Position numbers and translations under genes: made by a program. Below are positions 19,863 to 29,548 of a stretch of 64,000 nt of DNA, in pieces. The stretch spans positions 256,001 to 320,000 of the forward strand of contig CBFIDD010000002.1 of assembly GCA_965661285.1 (NCBI GenBank), given 5' to 3'. The stretch is from Poseidonia sp. (GTDB lineage Archaea > Thermoplasmatota > Poseidoniia > Poseidoniales > Poseidoniaceae). Below the pieces are notes generated by a model. It was not told where the DNA came from. It made no database searches and worked only from the letters and a program-made list of their open reading frames with translations. How positions within the stretch are numbered: position 1 is the stretch's first letter; each line of letters opens with the position of its first letter.

Positions 19863-20786
19863 TTACTTCGCTGTGATGGTGGTGCCGTGTTCACCCCGAA
19901 GCGCTTGCAGAACATTTCCTGGCGAACACAAGATGGAGGTGCCGTTGGGTGAATGTTCGGCAAACTGACACAGAGCCTCAACTTTCGGCCCCATGGAACC
20001 CTTGGGGAATTCACCCGCTACGTGGAGTTCCCGTGCTTGTTGAACGGTCAATTTGGGCATGGGTTCAGCGTTGTCGGTGCCATACCCACGGTAAATAGCA
20101 TCTGCTTCGGTGCTGATGATGAGTGCGTGAGCACCCAAGTCTCGTGCGAGCAAGGATGAGAAGTGATCTTTGTCGATAACTGCGGGCACCCCTTGCATGT
20201 TGCCTTCATGGCGAACCGTGGGCACACCTCCGCCCCCACCGCAAATGACAACGGCGTTGAGTTGAACCAGTTGCTGAATAACGTCCAGTTCCAAAATACG
20301 AGTTGGCTTGGGACTGGCCACAACCCGCCGAGGCCCGTGCACCGTCTGCGCAATGTCCCAATCAGCCGACATGACGGTCTGTGAGGAAAGCACGGGACCA
20401 ACCGGTTTTGTAGGCCATGCAAACCCTTCATCGTTGATGTCGACCTCGGCGCGCGTAAGCAAGACCGCCGTTCGTTCAGGCCGCCTGCGACGCTCTAAAA
20501 TGGCCTGAAGATGCATCGACAACTCATGTCCAATCATCCCCTGAGTCGCAGCAACCCATGTGTCCAAACTCTGGGTTTGCTCACCGTCCATCGCGAGCAA
20601 GTGCCCGACCTGAGGGCCGTTTCCATGTGTGATAACGACGCTCCAGTCCATTTCGAGCAAGTCAATAACATCGCTCATCACCCTCGCAAGAACCTCGACG
20701 GTGTCGGCGGCATCTTCACCCGGTGATTGCAGAGCATTGCCGCCAAGGGCGTAGACCGCCGTCTTCCTCACATGACGGGGTCTCAT
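19863..20786 (-). CDS. arcC: Carbamate kinase
   Basis: ALGGNAL, THGNGPQVG, PTKPVGP, GGGG, AVIDKD, GSMGPKV; start uncertain. Confidence 0.92.
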   Translation of the reverse strand: MRPRHVRKTAVYALGGNALQSPGEDAADTVEVLARVMSDVIDLLEMDWSVVITHGNGPQVGHLLAMDGEQTQSLDTWVAATQGMIGHELSMHLQAILERRRRPERTAVLLTRAEVDINDEGFAWPTKPVGPVLSSQTVMSADWDIAQTVHGPRRVVASPKPTRILELDVIQQLVQLNAVVICGGGGGVPTVRHEGNMQGVPAVIDKDHFSSLLARDLGAHALIISTEADAIYRGYGTDNAEPMPKLTVQQARELHVAGEFPKGSMGPKVEALCQFAEHSPNGTSILCSPGNVLQALRGEHGTTITAK

Positions 20787-20894
20787 TGGACCGTTTTGAC
20801 ACTTTGCACAAATGCGGCAGCGAGGCGGGTTTTTTCGATACTTCCAAGGGGAGACATTCACATAGGCCCGGCCGGTGGACAGGGTGGTGAGAGC

Positions 20895-22244
20895 ATGGTC
20901 AAGACCACATGGATCGGCGATGTGCGAAACGGTCAACACACCGACCAAACGATTGAATTGAAAGGCTGGGTTAAGCGCAGTCGTGGAAACAACAACATCT
21001 GGTTTGTTATCCTTCGGGACTCAACGGGGACCATCCAATGCGTTGGAAAAAAGAGTGCCCTTGGTGAAGCCACATTTGAACTGCTCAAAGGCGCCATCAT
21101 CGAAACCAGTGTTGCCTTTACCGGACTCGTCAAGGCCGATGAACGGGCAGATGGTGGCCATGAACTCGTTCTTTCCGGAGTTGAAATTGTTGGCGCTGTG
21201 AACTCAGAACGCCCATTCCCCATCACCGAAGCCGACATGCTCGTCGAAGATGAGGATGGAGAGCTGACTTACGGGGGAACCGAACACACACTGAACCATC
21301 GCCACCTCTACCTGCGAACCACTCGAGCCACCACGATGCTCAAACTCAGAAGTTCAGCCTTTGGTGCCATTCACAATTACTTCAGAGGCCATGATTTTCT
21401 CGAATATCAGGCTCCAAATTTCGTCGCTGGCGCAGTTGAGGGCGGCTCAACGCTCTTCGAGGTCCCCTACTTTGGGAAGCAAGCCTACCTGACGCAATCG
21501 TGGCAACTTTACGCCGAAGCAGCCATGCCGGCTTTGGAACGCTTGTACACCATAGCACCCTCGTTCCGCGCTGAAAAATCAAGGACGCGACGGCACCTCA
21601 CCGAGTTCTGGCATGCTGAAATGGAAATGGCATGGGCGACCAACAACGACATCATGGCCCACGGCGAAGGTGTGGTTCGGAGCATTGCAGCTACCCTGAT
21701 TGAGGAACGTGAGAATGAACTCACTTACCTTGAACGCGATCTTGAGTTGATCGGCAGGTACGCAGACAGCCCCTACCCTCGGATGCGCTATGACGAGGCC
21801 GTGGAGATTCTCCAAGGCAAAGGCGTCGCTATTGAGTGGGGACAAGATTTGGATTATTCAAAAGAGAAAATCTTGACCCAAGATTTCGACGTTCCTCATT
21901 TCTTGACACACTACCCGAAGGTGGCCAAACCCTTCTACCACCGTGTTGACCCGGAAGATGAAAACTATGTTCTCTGCCACGACCTCCTCGCACCGGAAGG
22001 GTATGGAGAAATCATTGGAGGTGGGGAGCGCACGTGGTCGGAAGAAGAAATTCTCAAGCGCATTGACGAAGAAGGAACCCCTCGAGAACCCTACCAGTTC
22101 TACATCGATGTTCGCTCATACGGTGGCGTACCCCACGGTGGTTTCGGGTTGGGCGTAGACCGCGTGGTCAGTTGGCTCGCAGGAGCAACCCACATACGCG
22201 AGGTCATTCCCTTCCCCCGAACCTCTCGACGGGTAACCCCCTGA
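20895..22244 (+). CDS. asnS: Asparaginyl-tRNA synthetase
   Basis: OB-fold N-terminus, AYLTQSWQLY, FRAEKSRTRRHLTEF, GEIIGGGER, PHGGFGLG. Confidence 0.9.
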   Translation: MVKTTWIGDVRNGQHTDQTIELKGWVKRSRGNNNIWFVILRDSTGTIQCVGKKSALGEATFELLKGAIIETSVAFTGLVKADERADGGHELVLSGVEIVGAVNSERPFPITEADMLVEDEDGELTYGGTEHTLNHRHLYLRTTRATTMLKLRSSAFGAIHNYFRGHDFLEYQAPNFVAGAVEGGSTLFEVPYFGKQAYLTQSWQLYAEAAMPALERLYTIAPSFRAEKSRTRRHLTEFWHAEMEMAWATNNDIMAHGEGVVRSIAATLIEERENELTYLERDLELIGRYADSPYPRMRYDEAVEILQGKGVAIEWGQDLDYSKEKILTQDFDVPHFLTHYPKVAKPFYHRVDPEDENYVLCHDLLAPEGYGEIIGGGERTWSEEEILKRIDEEGTPREPYQFYIDVRSYGGVPHGGFGLGVDRVVSWLAGATHIREVIPFPRTSRRVTP

Positions 22245-22349
22245 TTACAGGAGAACTTCGCCGCACATCGGACACGGCATGCCTGGGATGAAGGCGCCGA
22301 GCAAAAACCCACAGTGCGGACAGATGGACATCAAATCGTCAACGACCAT
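22245..22349 (-). CDS. 34-aa double CPxCG zinc-finger micro-protein
   Basis: Manual translation MVVDDLMSICPHCGFLLGAFIPGMPCPMCGEVLL*; fills the gap between asnS and the HAD gene. Confidence 0.7.
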   Translation of the reverse strand: MVVDDLMSICPHCGFLLGAFIPGMPCPMCGEVLL

Positions 22350-22374
22350 GTTGCATGATTTCCCCAGTTCCCAA

Positions 22375-23136
22375 TCAAGGTTTGGGAAGGTCGAACTGAT
22401 CGCAGATGAGGTCGAGGACCAGCATGAGGTCTTTTTCCTCGATCACATGGTGTGCAAATTCCCGCGGACGGTCGTCCCACGGATTGAACAGGACAGCACA
22501 TCCACTTTCTCCGAACATACCCACATCACCCATCGAATCACCCACCGAAGCCGTGTTGGCCTTGTCCACACCCAGGCGGCGTTGGAGCATCTTGACGATG
22601 GCGCCCTTCCCGTTCATTTGGACTTGATATCGGCCAAAATCCCCGATACCGGGTGGTGAGGTACCGTCCCCTGCTTCCATCAGCCAGCCATTTGTAAAAA
22701 CATGAAGCCGGGTGTCCAACCCGCCGCTCTTTTCGCGAGCCGTGTGCCAGTCGATACCACCCCAGCGCCGCCGCCAAGGTGCATCGCTCGGGAAAGTTGC
22801 AGCGATGTCTCGAGCGGTTTTTTGGATGCCGCCGCTGACAATCGCAACGTGAACGCCAAGGTCCAGAAGATGCTGGATGAGGGATTTCCATCCCTTCATC
22901 ATGGGCATGCCTTCCATCAAACCTCGCAGCAGTTCATCGGTGATTCGGTCAACGGGTGCGGATTTGATCAGGGCCAAATCGAGTTTTATCCAGTCCCATT
23001 CGTTGAGCAACCCTTGATTGTAGAGTTCAAAGGACTCATCATTTGAGATGCCCAACTGATCATACACGAATTGCCACGTCGAAAGATGGTCGACCAAAAC
23101 ACGGTCCATGTCAAGACAGACGAGGTGCGCAGACAC
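22375..23136 (-). CDS. HAD-IB hydrolase (phosphoserine phosphatase-like)
   Basis: DMDRVL motif I, VSGG, K, GDSMGD; GTG start after GGAGG. Confidence 0.85.
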   Translation of the reverse strand: MSAHLVCLDMDRVLVDHLSTWQFVYDQLGISNDESFELYNQGLLNEWDWIKLDLALIKSAPVDRITDELLRGLMEGMPMMKGWKSLIQHLLDLGVHVAIVSGGIQKTARDIAATFPSDAPWRRRWGGIDWHTAREKSGGLDTRLHVFTNGWLMEAGDGTSPPGIGDFGRYQVQMNGKGAIVKMLQRRLGVDKANTASVGDSMGDVGMFGESGCAVLFNPWDDRPREFAHHVIEEKDLMLVLDLICDQFDLPKP

Positions 23137-23140
23137 GGCC

Positions 23141-23968
23141 TCAGCCTCCTTTGGGCCAATTGTACTGATGCTGAACACGGGCGACCTGCTTTCCCATGAT
23201 GTAGAGAATCAACGCCACCATCATGGCGAAAAGGCCGATCAACGTCATGGCGATGGTGACGAGGGTGACGCCGATTGAGGTTGAATTCAATTCAGTGAAC
23301 ATGGTCGCAATATCACCCGAGAGACGATAACCCAACACGAACAAAACCACACCCGGGATGCCAAAAAGGAGGAGTGGGTGTTTGGATTCCAACATCCAGT
23401 AAAACAACTGAGCAAAACGAGAGGCGGTGGCCAGCGATTGACGCTGGGGCAGTTGAATCGGTGCGTCGCTTTTAACAAATCTCGCACGTATCTCGTCCGA
23501 AATATCGTCTGTCGTTGCATCCCTGGGAAGATTGGAAAGATGGTTCGCACCAGCGTCACTGACGACCAGATGAACAAGTTCAGTCGATGCGAGCATTGCT
23601 GCGCTCCCCTTGTCCTCATTTGATTCCTCGCGGTAGAGGTGGTGAATGTCCCAACCCTCACGTGCACGGTTCACGCTCAAGGGCAGATCTGAGAGTTTCC
23701 ATTGTGGAGATATCGGAAGAAACATGGTCAAGCCGTCGTGTGCGTCAAGGGACAGCAGCGCTTTCGACAAGTTTTGAGGGGTGATCTCGGCATCGTGGTG
23801 AACAACCTCGCAGCCCACCTCAGTTGCCAACTCCACCGTTTCATCGTTCGACCCTGTGTCGAAAAAAAGGACGTTTTTGGCCACCTCACGACATCGGATA
23901 ATGAGTGAGACAATGCGCAATTCAATGTCCCTGCCGAGCAGGACCACACGCTCAAGAGGCTGACTCAC
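23141..23968 (-). CDS. Degenerate GT2-like membrane protein
   Basis: FFDTGSNDETVELA resembles GT2 DDGSxD; two C-terminal TM helices; no evident DXD. Confidence 0.65.
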   Translation of the reverse strand: MSQPLERVVLLGRDIELRIVSLIIRCREVAKNVLFFDTGSNDETVELATEVGCEVVHHDAEITPQNLSKALLSLDAHDGLTMFLPISPQWKLSDLPLSVNRAREGWDIHHLYREESNEDKGSAAMLASTELVHLVVSDAGANHLSNLPRDATTDDISDEIRARFVKSDAPIQLPQRQSLATASRFAQLFYWMLESKHPLLLFGIPGVVLFVLGYRLSGDIATMFTELNSTSIGVTLVTIAMTLIGLFAMMVALILYIMGKQVARVQHQYNWPKGG

Positions 23969-24070
23969 GATCTAACCGTCCACCTTGAGCCTATCAAACC
24001 TGTTCTGTTTAAGGCCCAAAGAGACTTGTTTCAAGCATAGATTGATTGAGGCGGCAAGGAACCACAGGCC

Positions 24071-25015
24071 ATGCTGGAGGGTTGGCACATCGGCGTGGTC
24101 ATTCCAGCAAGGGATGAACAAGACCACATTGCAGAAGTGATTCAAGGCCTTCCGGCATTGGTTGATATCGCCGTCGTCATCGATGACGGTTCGCTGGATG
24201 AGACGCGAGAGCGCGCCAAGAACGCCATCGCCCAATGCGAGGTCGTCATCCTTCAAGGAGGAGGAAACGGCGTCGGCTCTGCCATTGACATGGGTCATCA
24301 GCACCTCCTCGGCATGTTCAATTCCAAGTTCATCAGCGTGGTCATGGCCGGAGATGGACAAATGAATCCGGATGACATGGAGGGGTTGCTTGAACCCATT
24401 CTGAACGACCGAGCCGACCACGTAAAGGGAAATCGAAGCCTGCACACAAAGGGATTCAACAAGATGCCCCCGTATCGACAACGTGCCTCCACCGTGCTCA
24501 CCTGGTTCACCAGCCTTGCCGCTGGACAGCCCATCAGCGACCCACAATGCGGCTACACAGCAACGTCTTCCGAGGTGTTAGCAGCGTGGGATTGGAGCAG
24601 AAGCTGGCGCGGATACGGCTACCCAAATTTTTGGCTGGTCAATCTGTCAAAAATGGGGTTTCGAATTGAAGAACAACCGGTCGAATCCATCTATAGAGAC
24701 GAGCACAGTGGCATCAAACCATGGCGATTCTTCACGGGCGTGGGTTGGATGATGGCCGTGGAACACCATCGTCGAAATCTCGCCTGGTTGCACCCAAAAA
24801 ATCTGACGCCACACACGCTCTTTGCCCTCATGTCCTACATTCTTGGATGGTCGGCCCTAATCCCGGTGCTCTCCAACGACCTCGAGCGGGAACTCTTCTC
24901 GAGAGGCGTACCTGCTCTGCTCATGTGCGTGTTCTATTGGACGCTTGCGCATCTTTTTGACAGAGCCGCCACACGGGTTCACAAGGAGTTGAGGCTCAAT
25001 GCGTCGTCACGATAA
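24071..25015 (+). CDS. Glycosyltransferase family 2 (DPM-synthase-like)
   Basis: VVIPARDE, IDDGSLDET, AGDGQMNP, DPQCGY; C-terminal TMs. Confidence 0.9.
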   Translation: MLEGWHIGVVIPARDEQDHIAEVIQGLPALVDIAVVIDDGSLDETRERAKNAIAQCEVVILQGGGNGVGSAIDMGHQHLLGMFNSKFISVVMAGDGQMNPDDMEGLLEPILNDRADHVKGNRSLHTKGFNKMPPYRQRASTVLTWFTSLAAGQPISDPQCGYTATSSEVLAAWDWSRSWRGYGYPNFWLVNLSKMGFRIEEQPVESIYRDEHSGIKPWRFFTGVGWMMAVEHHRRNLAWLHPKNLTPHTLFALMSYILGWSALIPVLSNDLERELFSRGVPALLMCVFYWTLAHLFDRAATRVHKELRLNASSR

Positions 25016-25328
25016 GCGGAGAAAGCCTCGAAAGGCGCATGTTCGCCACATTTTGGTGGCCAACAAGCCCGAGGCAAAGTTGATCCTCGAGGAGATCGGC
25101 GCCTCCAAAAAACCCCTGAGGACGTTCAAGAAATTAGCAAAAAAATACTCCAATTGCCCCAGCGGTGGCAAGGGAGGTGACCTCGGTGAATTTGTTGAAG
25201 GACAAATGGTGCAGACCTTTGAGGATGCGGTTTGGGCAAGTGAACTCGAAGTTGTTCCAGAGACCTTCATCAAAACCCAATTTGGATTTCATGTGCTCTG
25301 GGTGCACAGCATCAAGCACCCTGAATGA
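24999..25328 (+). CDS. Parvulin-type peptidyl-prolyl isomerase
   Basis: RHILV, SNCPSGGKGGDLGEF, TQFGFHV. Confidence 0.93.
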   Translation: MRRHDKRRKPRKAHVRHILVANKPEAKLILEEIGASKKPLRTFKKLAKKYSNCPSGGKGGDLGEFVEGQMVQTFEDAVWASELEVVPETFIKTQFGFHVLWVHSIKHPE

Positions 25329-25406
25329 TGGTGGGCGTACCAAGATTTGAACTTGGGTCCAAGCGTCCCAAACGCCCGAGTATAGGCCAAACTAACCCAT
25401 ACGCCC
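25329..25406 (-). tRNA. tRNA-Pro (TGG)
   Basis: Reverse complement GGGCGTA...TT-TGG-GA anticodon loop...GTTCAAAT...TACGCCC-A-CCA. Confidence 0.94.
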
Positions 25407-25439
25407 TTGGTCTGTGCCACGGCGTCTCACCTATGAACT

Positions 25440-25880
25440 TCACTCAAAGAACATCCAGCGTCCGTCGCCTACCCGTACGACCACGCCTTCGACCTCTGCT
25501 TGTTCCATGAAGCCATCTGCAGGCATTTCAACGCCTTTTTTGTCCAACAATGCCACAACAGCTCGTTGCTCAACAATTCCATCCGAGGATGCCAAAGAAC
25601 GGAGTTCACGCAGCAGCGCTCTGGGTGAGATGTCCGCAGCCTCTTCGCTGAACGTATCGGACCGCTGCAGACGAGTACGAAGTTCATCTCGTAATTCATC
25701 GGGCGTGTTGGCCAAAGCCACTTCAAGATGCAACATCTGGCTTGATGTGCATTCTTTGACCACTTCGACATCGCTCTGAAAGGCCACACCGCAATGAGGA
25801 CAACGTCCACCTTGCCGGCGATGTCCAGAGCACTGCTGACAGGCTCGACAGCGAAGAACAAGCCAACGTTGTTCCGCCAC
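25440..25880 (-). CDS. Zinc-ribbon plus winged-helix-like protein
   Basis: CRAC...CPHCG N-terminus; C-terminal wHTH-like segment. Confidence 0.75.
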   Translation of the reverse strand: MAEQRWLVLRCRACQQCSGHRRQGGRCPHCGVAFQSDVEVVKECTSSQMLHLEVALANTPDELRDELRTRLQRSDTFSEEAADISPRALLRELRSLASSDGIVEQRAVVALLDKKGVEMPADGFMEQAEVEGVVVRVGDGRWMFFE

Positions 25881-25889
25881 GTTATCGCC

Positions 25890-26543
25890 TCATAGCGTGA
25901 AATCGTGTTTGTTTTGAGGCTGACCGGGACGTCGTGCGGGAGCAGCCGGCGCCTTCGTGTCAACCCGTTTGGGTGGTCCCTCAGCAGCCTTTCGGGTAAG
26001 GGCACCGCGTATCGGTCCCGTCTTGGTTCGGGCACCGAGGGAGAGGGATTCGGGCAGGATCAACGCTGCGACAGCGACCCCGTGATGGTCTGGTCCTGCG
26101 GTGACCTCATCGACGGCAACATCAAACTCGATCACCTCAAGGTCTCGGCTGGCGAGCCGGCGCTGCAGGTTGCGTCGCAGCAGCAACACCGTCTCTTCGT
26201 AGTCTCGGTCGGTGGTGATGGTGGCGACAATGGCACAATCATCCCCTTCTGGCGTGACGCAAGTCGCCCACGCCACACCAGCTGAGGCCGACGAACCTGA
26301 CCACGCATACGCCGTGGCAAGATGACACTCCACCAAAGAGCCCATGGGGAGGGGGCGTGGGGGCGTTGCGCCGAACCCAAGCGGGAGCATGGCTCCCTGT
26401 GCTTGAATCAGTCGCACATCGCCAAGGCCGAGTTCAACAAGCCCCTGGTCAAAGGCGTCTTCTGCATTTTCGCCCCATGGGGCAACAGCGGTCATCAACC
26501 AGCCTGGGCATGTTGGGGCGCTTGAGGATTGCATGACCCGCAC
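25890..26543 (-). CDS. Pyruvoyl-dependent arginine decarboxylase-like protein (catalytic motifs lost)
   Basis: AFDQGLVELGLGDVRLI...MLP...PMGSLV...SAGVAWA...GVAVAALI follows the PdaD pattern. Confidence 0.75.
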   Translation of the reverse strand: MRVMQSSSAPTCPGWLMTAVAPWGENAEDAFDQGLVELGLGDVRLIQAQGAMLPLGFGATPPRPLPMGSLVECHLATAYAWSGSSASAGVAWATCVTPEGDDCAIVATITTDRDYEETVLLLRRNLQRRLASRDLEVIEFDVAVDEVTAGPDHHGVAVAALILPESLSLGARTKTGPIRGALTRKAAEGPPKRVDTKAPAAPARRPGQPQNKHDFTL

Positions 26544-26586
26544 TGTATCGCAAGGGGTTCATGAACAACATGGTTGTGGGTGAGGC

Positions 26587-26871
26587 ATGGCACGAGCCAC
26601 AAGAGGCCTCCTTTTCTTGAGCCTCGCCCTCGTGTTGGGGGCGGCCATGTTGGCGGGCATGAGCGCAGGCCAGTATATGCTTACATTGGCACTGGGCGCC
26701 ATAACGGCCACCGTTATTGGGTTCGGCTTCATGACACAAGTGAAGGCGGCTGCACCAACGAAAGGCTCGACCATCGGCGCGCAACGACCTGTTGGTGGGC
26801 ATCGAGAGGTGATCGAGACGCCATCTTCGCTGCCAGACCCCATGGCTCAGGACTTTGAGATGCCGTTGTGA
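26587..26871 (+). CDS. Small 2-TM membrane protein
   Basis: Two hydrophobic helices; LPDP...FEMPL tail. Confidence 0.7.
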   Translation: MARATRGLLFLSLALVLGAAMLAGMSAGQYMLTLALGAITATVIGFGFMTQVKAAAPTKGSTIGAQRPVGGHREVIETPSSLPDPMAQDFEMPL

Positions 26872-28776
26872 TCAGAACAACCGAACGGTCTCGAGATTGC
26901 TGGGGGCAAACGTCAAGCAATTGTAGCGCTCACGTAGCGTCAGGCCAAGTTCGTTGCATTTCTGATAGTCACCGTGATGACAAATGATGTTCTTGGGGGG
27001 CGGATTGATTCGGTCAACAAAGTCCAGCAGCTGCCGACGGTCGGAGTGTCCAGAGAACCCGTCGATGGTCACCATTTCGCAACCGATTTTGACAATCTCG
27101 GTCTTTCCGTTGATGAGCATGGGCACCTCACCAAAGCCCTTCTGCAGACGACGACCCAGTGTGCCCTCAGCCTGGTAGCCCACAAAACAGAGTGAATTGC
27201 GCTCTTCGTGTGCCCAGTTCTTGAAGTACTCCATCACTGGACCGCCGTTCAGCATACCCGAGGTGGCGAGAACAATGCATGGCGAGCTGTCCATCACGAT
27301 GCTCTCACGAAGTTCGCGGCCCTTGACGGGGCGGAACCACTCGCTGGTGAACGGGTTTTCGCCATCGTCCTTGAGCAACGATTTGCTGAGGGCTTTGGTC
27401 AAGTAGTTTGGATGGGATGCGTGAATCGCTGTTGCTTCCTGAATCATCCCGTCAAGCCAAACCGGCACGGGTTTGACCGTACCCGAACGGAAGAGTTCGT
27501 CGATGGCGATCATCACTTCTTGGCTGCGGCCAACCGCAAAGACAGGACAGATCATCTTTCCACCTCGCATGAGCGTGCGGGAGACGATGTCCTGCAGTTC
27601 CTGGTTTGCTTCTTGTCGGGAGGGTTGGTAGTCGCCTGAAGCTCCGTAGGTCGATTCGATGACCAAGGTTTCCACACGAGGGAAGCGTGTGTTTGCTGCG
27701 TCAAACAACCACGATTTCTCGTACTTCTGGTCGCCACTGAACACGATGTTGTGTTTTCCGTCGGCAATGTTGAGGTGAACGGCAGAGGAACCAAGGATAT
27801 GGCCTGCGTTGGAGAACGTCAATTTGACATCTGGGGCAATGTCGGTGGTGGAATCCCAGTCCACGTCGACAACGTGTTTCATGCACATGCGGATGTCTTC
27901 CATGTCGTAGGGAGTTCGCTTTCCTTCGGCTCCACCAACCTTGAGGTAGTCCGTTTGGAGCAGGAGCATCAAATCACGTGTAGGTGGCGTGCAGTACACC
28001 GGTCCGCGATAACCGTACTTGAACAGGACAGGAAGCATTCCTGCATGGTCCAAGTGCGAGTGCGTCAAGACCACGGCGTCGAGTTTGTCGAGGGGAAGGG
28101 CTTCTGGAGCATTGAAGAACGGCATCGGATCGGTGTCTGAAGCGATGTTCACGCCAACGTCGATCATAATTCGAGACTCGTTGGTGGTCACGTAGTGGCA
28201 TGCACGACCGACTTCTCGGTAGGAGCCCAGAGCGGTGACCCGCGCCCATGTGCCGCCAGGACGGGTGGGTCGGTGGATGTTGAGGCCGAAGTCTTTGAGC
28301 AATTTCCGTCGCTCATCACCGTGTGTTTGTCGGTACATTCGGATGTCGTGGACCGTTTTCGAGAACAAGGGCGGCGTTCGCTCGACCTTGACAGACCAGC
28401 CGGTCTTATCCCGGATGGCGTTGCTGTTTTCGCCACGCCTGCCAATCGCCGTGCCGGGCTGCTTGCACTGGATGATGACTTCGCGGTAGCAGGCATCAAA
28501 ATACATCTCTGTGATTTCGGCTTCTTCGGGAATGACCTCTCGAATGAAGTCGCTTGCCTCGTCCATGTCCATCATGGCATCAATGGGCGTCCTCAACACG
28601 ATTTTTCGCTTGATTCGGCGAGCGATTTTTCCAATCAACCCGTCCTGTCCACGGAAGGGTTTCATCTGCTTCGTGATGATGGCAATGTTTCCCGCTTCAA
28701 GATCAATCTCGTACTCGATGTTTCGAGGAATGATCTTCGCGATTTCGTCTTTCAGTTCTCTGTAGGTCATTTGCAT
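26872..28776 (-). CDS. fttA: Beta-CASP ribonuclease aCPSF1 (FttA)
   Basis: KH domains, THSHLDH, AGHILGS, ESTYG, GFSGHSD; conserved position downstream of psmB. Confidence 0.96.
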   Translation of the reverse strand: MQMTYRELKDEIAKIIPRNIEYEIDLEAGNIAIITKQMKPFRGQDGLIGKIARRIKRKIVLRTPIDAMMDMDEASDFIREVIPEEAEITEMYFDACYREVIIQCKQPGTAIGRRGENSNAIRDKTGWSVKVERTPPLFSKTVHDIRMYRQTHGDERRKLLKDFGLNIHRPTRPGGTWARVTALGSYREVGRACHYVTTNESRIMIDVGVNIASDTDPMPFFNAPEALPLDKLDAVVLTHSHLDHAGMLPVLFKYGYRGPVYCTPPTRDLMLLLQTDYLKVGGAEGKRTPYDMEDIRMCMKHVVDVDWDSTTDIAPDVKLTFSNAGHILGSSAVHLNIADGKHNIVFSGDQKYEKSWLFDAANTRFPRVETLVIESTYGASGDYQPSRQEANQELQDIVSRTLMRGGKMICPVFAVGRSQEVMIAIDELFRSGTVKPVPVWLDGMIQEATAIHASHPNYLTKALSKSLLKDDGENPFTSEWFRPVKGRELRESIVMDSSPCIVLATSGMLNGGPVMEYFKNWAHEERNSLCFVGYQAEGTLGRRLQKGFGEVPMLINGKTEIVKIGCEMVTIDGFSGHSDRRQLLDFVDRINPPPKNIICHHGDYQKCNELGLTLRERYNCLTFAPSNLETVRLF

Positions 28777-28858
28777 GATTTCACCTCACGCTCCCGCAGT
28801 CACTGTTGACCACAACATGCCCGAGGGCACGGGCGGCAGAGCCGCGGGAATATGAGCC

Positions 28859-29479
28859 TCACTTCAGAAGTTTGGCAATCTCGTCTTGTGAGACTTGTTG
28901 GTATCCAGATCCGGGCGTGATGACGGCCAAATCCATGCCGTTGCCGGAGGCCGCATCACGCTGTCCTGATGCATGGAGGGCTCTTGCAGCCAGTTTTAAG
29001 GCCTCCGCCTGGGTCATGTTTTCCTTGAATCCATCTTCGAGCACACCGTACATGTAGGGAGAACCGGATCCGGTGGCGCAGTAAACGTCGGGAATCGAAC
29101 CGCCTGCGGAATCAATGGAATAGACATGACCGCCATCATCGTCAACGCCGACGATGAGGAGTTGAACCCAGTGAGGACGACCCGAGAGAATGTTGGCCGT
29201 GAGGGTGGCGGCACCTTTGACCGTCATTGGCTGTTGGCGACGGAGTTCAAACAGTGCAACTTCTGCGGTCAGGGTTCGGGAAAGAGACTGTGCGTGGCCG
29301 ACGAGGCCAGCTGTGGTCAGCGCAAGGTTGTCTCCGATTTTGAAGAGTTTCTGGACGCTTTTGTTGGCGATGAAGTGACCCATCGTGGCACGGTGGTCTG
29401 CACCAACGACGACACCGCCTTTGAAGGTGATTCCAACGGTGCTCGTGCCGGTCTTCATGACAGTCTGCTGTTCTGACAT
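28859..29479 (-). CDS. psmB: Proteasome beta subunit
   Basis: Propeptide ending KTG/TSTVG, ATGSGS, RDAASG. Confidence 0.96.
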   Translation of the reverse strand: MSEQQTVMKTGTSTVGITFKGGVVVGADHRATMGHFIANKSVQKLFKIGDNLALTTAGLVGHAQSLSRTLTAEVALFELRRQQPMTVKGAATLTANILSGRPHWVQLLIVGVDDDGGHVYSIDSAGGSIPDVYCATGSGSPYMYGVLEDGFKENMTQAEALKLAARALHASGQRDAASGNGMDLAVITPGSGYQQVSQDEIAKLLK

Positions 29480-29548
29480 GGAAGCATGTCCCACCCGACA
29501 CTTCTTGAACCTTGGGCATCGGTGGTATGAGGCGATGGGATTCAAAGG

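Noticed and set aside
19040-20800. Integrated mobile element at tRNA-Lys
   Set aside because: No integrase, and no duplicated tRNA 3' end seen by eye.
24999-25406. Prolyl isomerase gene abutting tRNA-Pro
   Set aside because: Convergent adjacency with no mechanistic support; likely coincidence in a compact genome.
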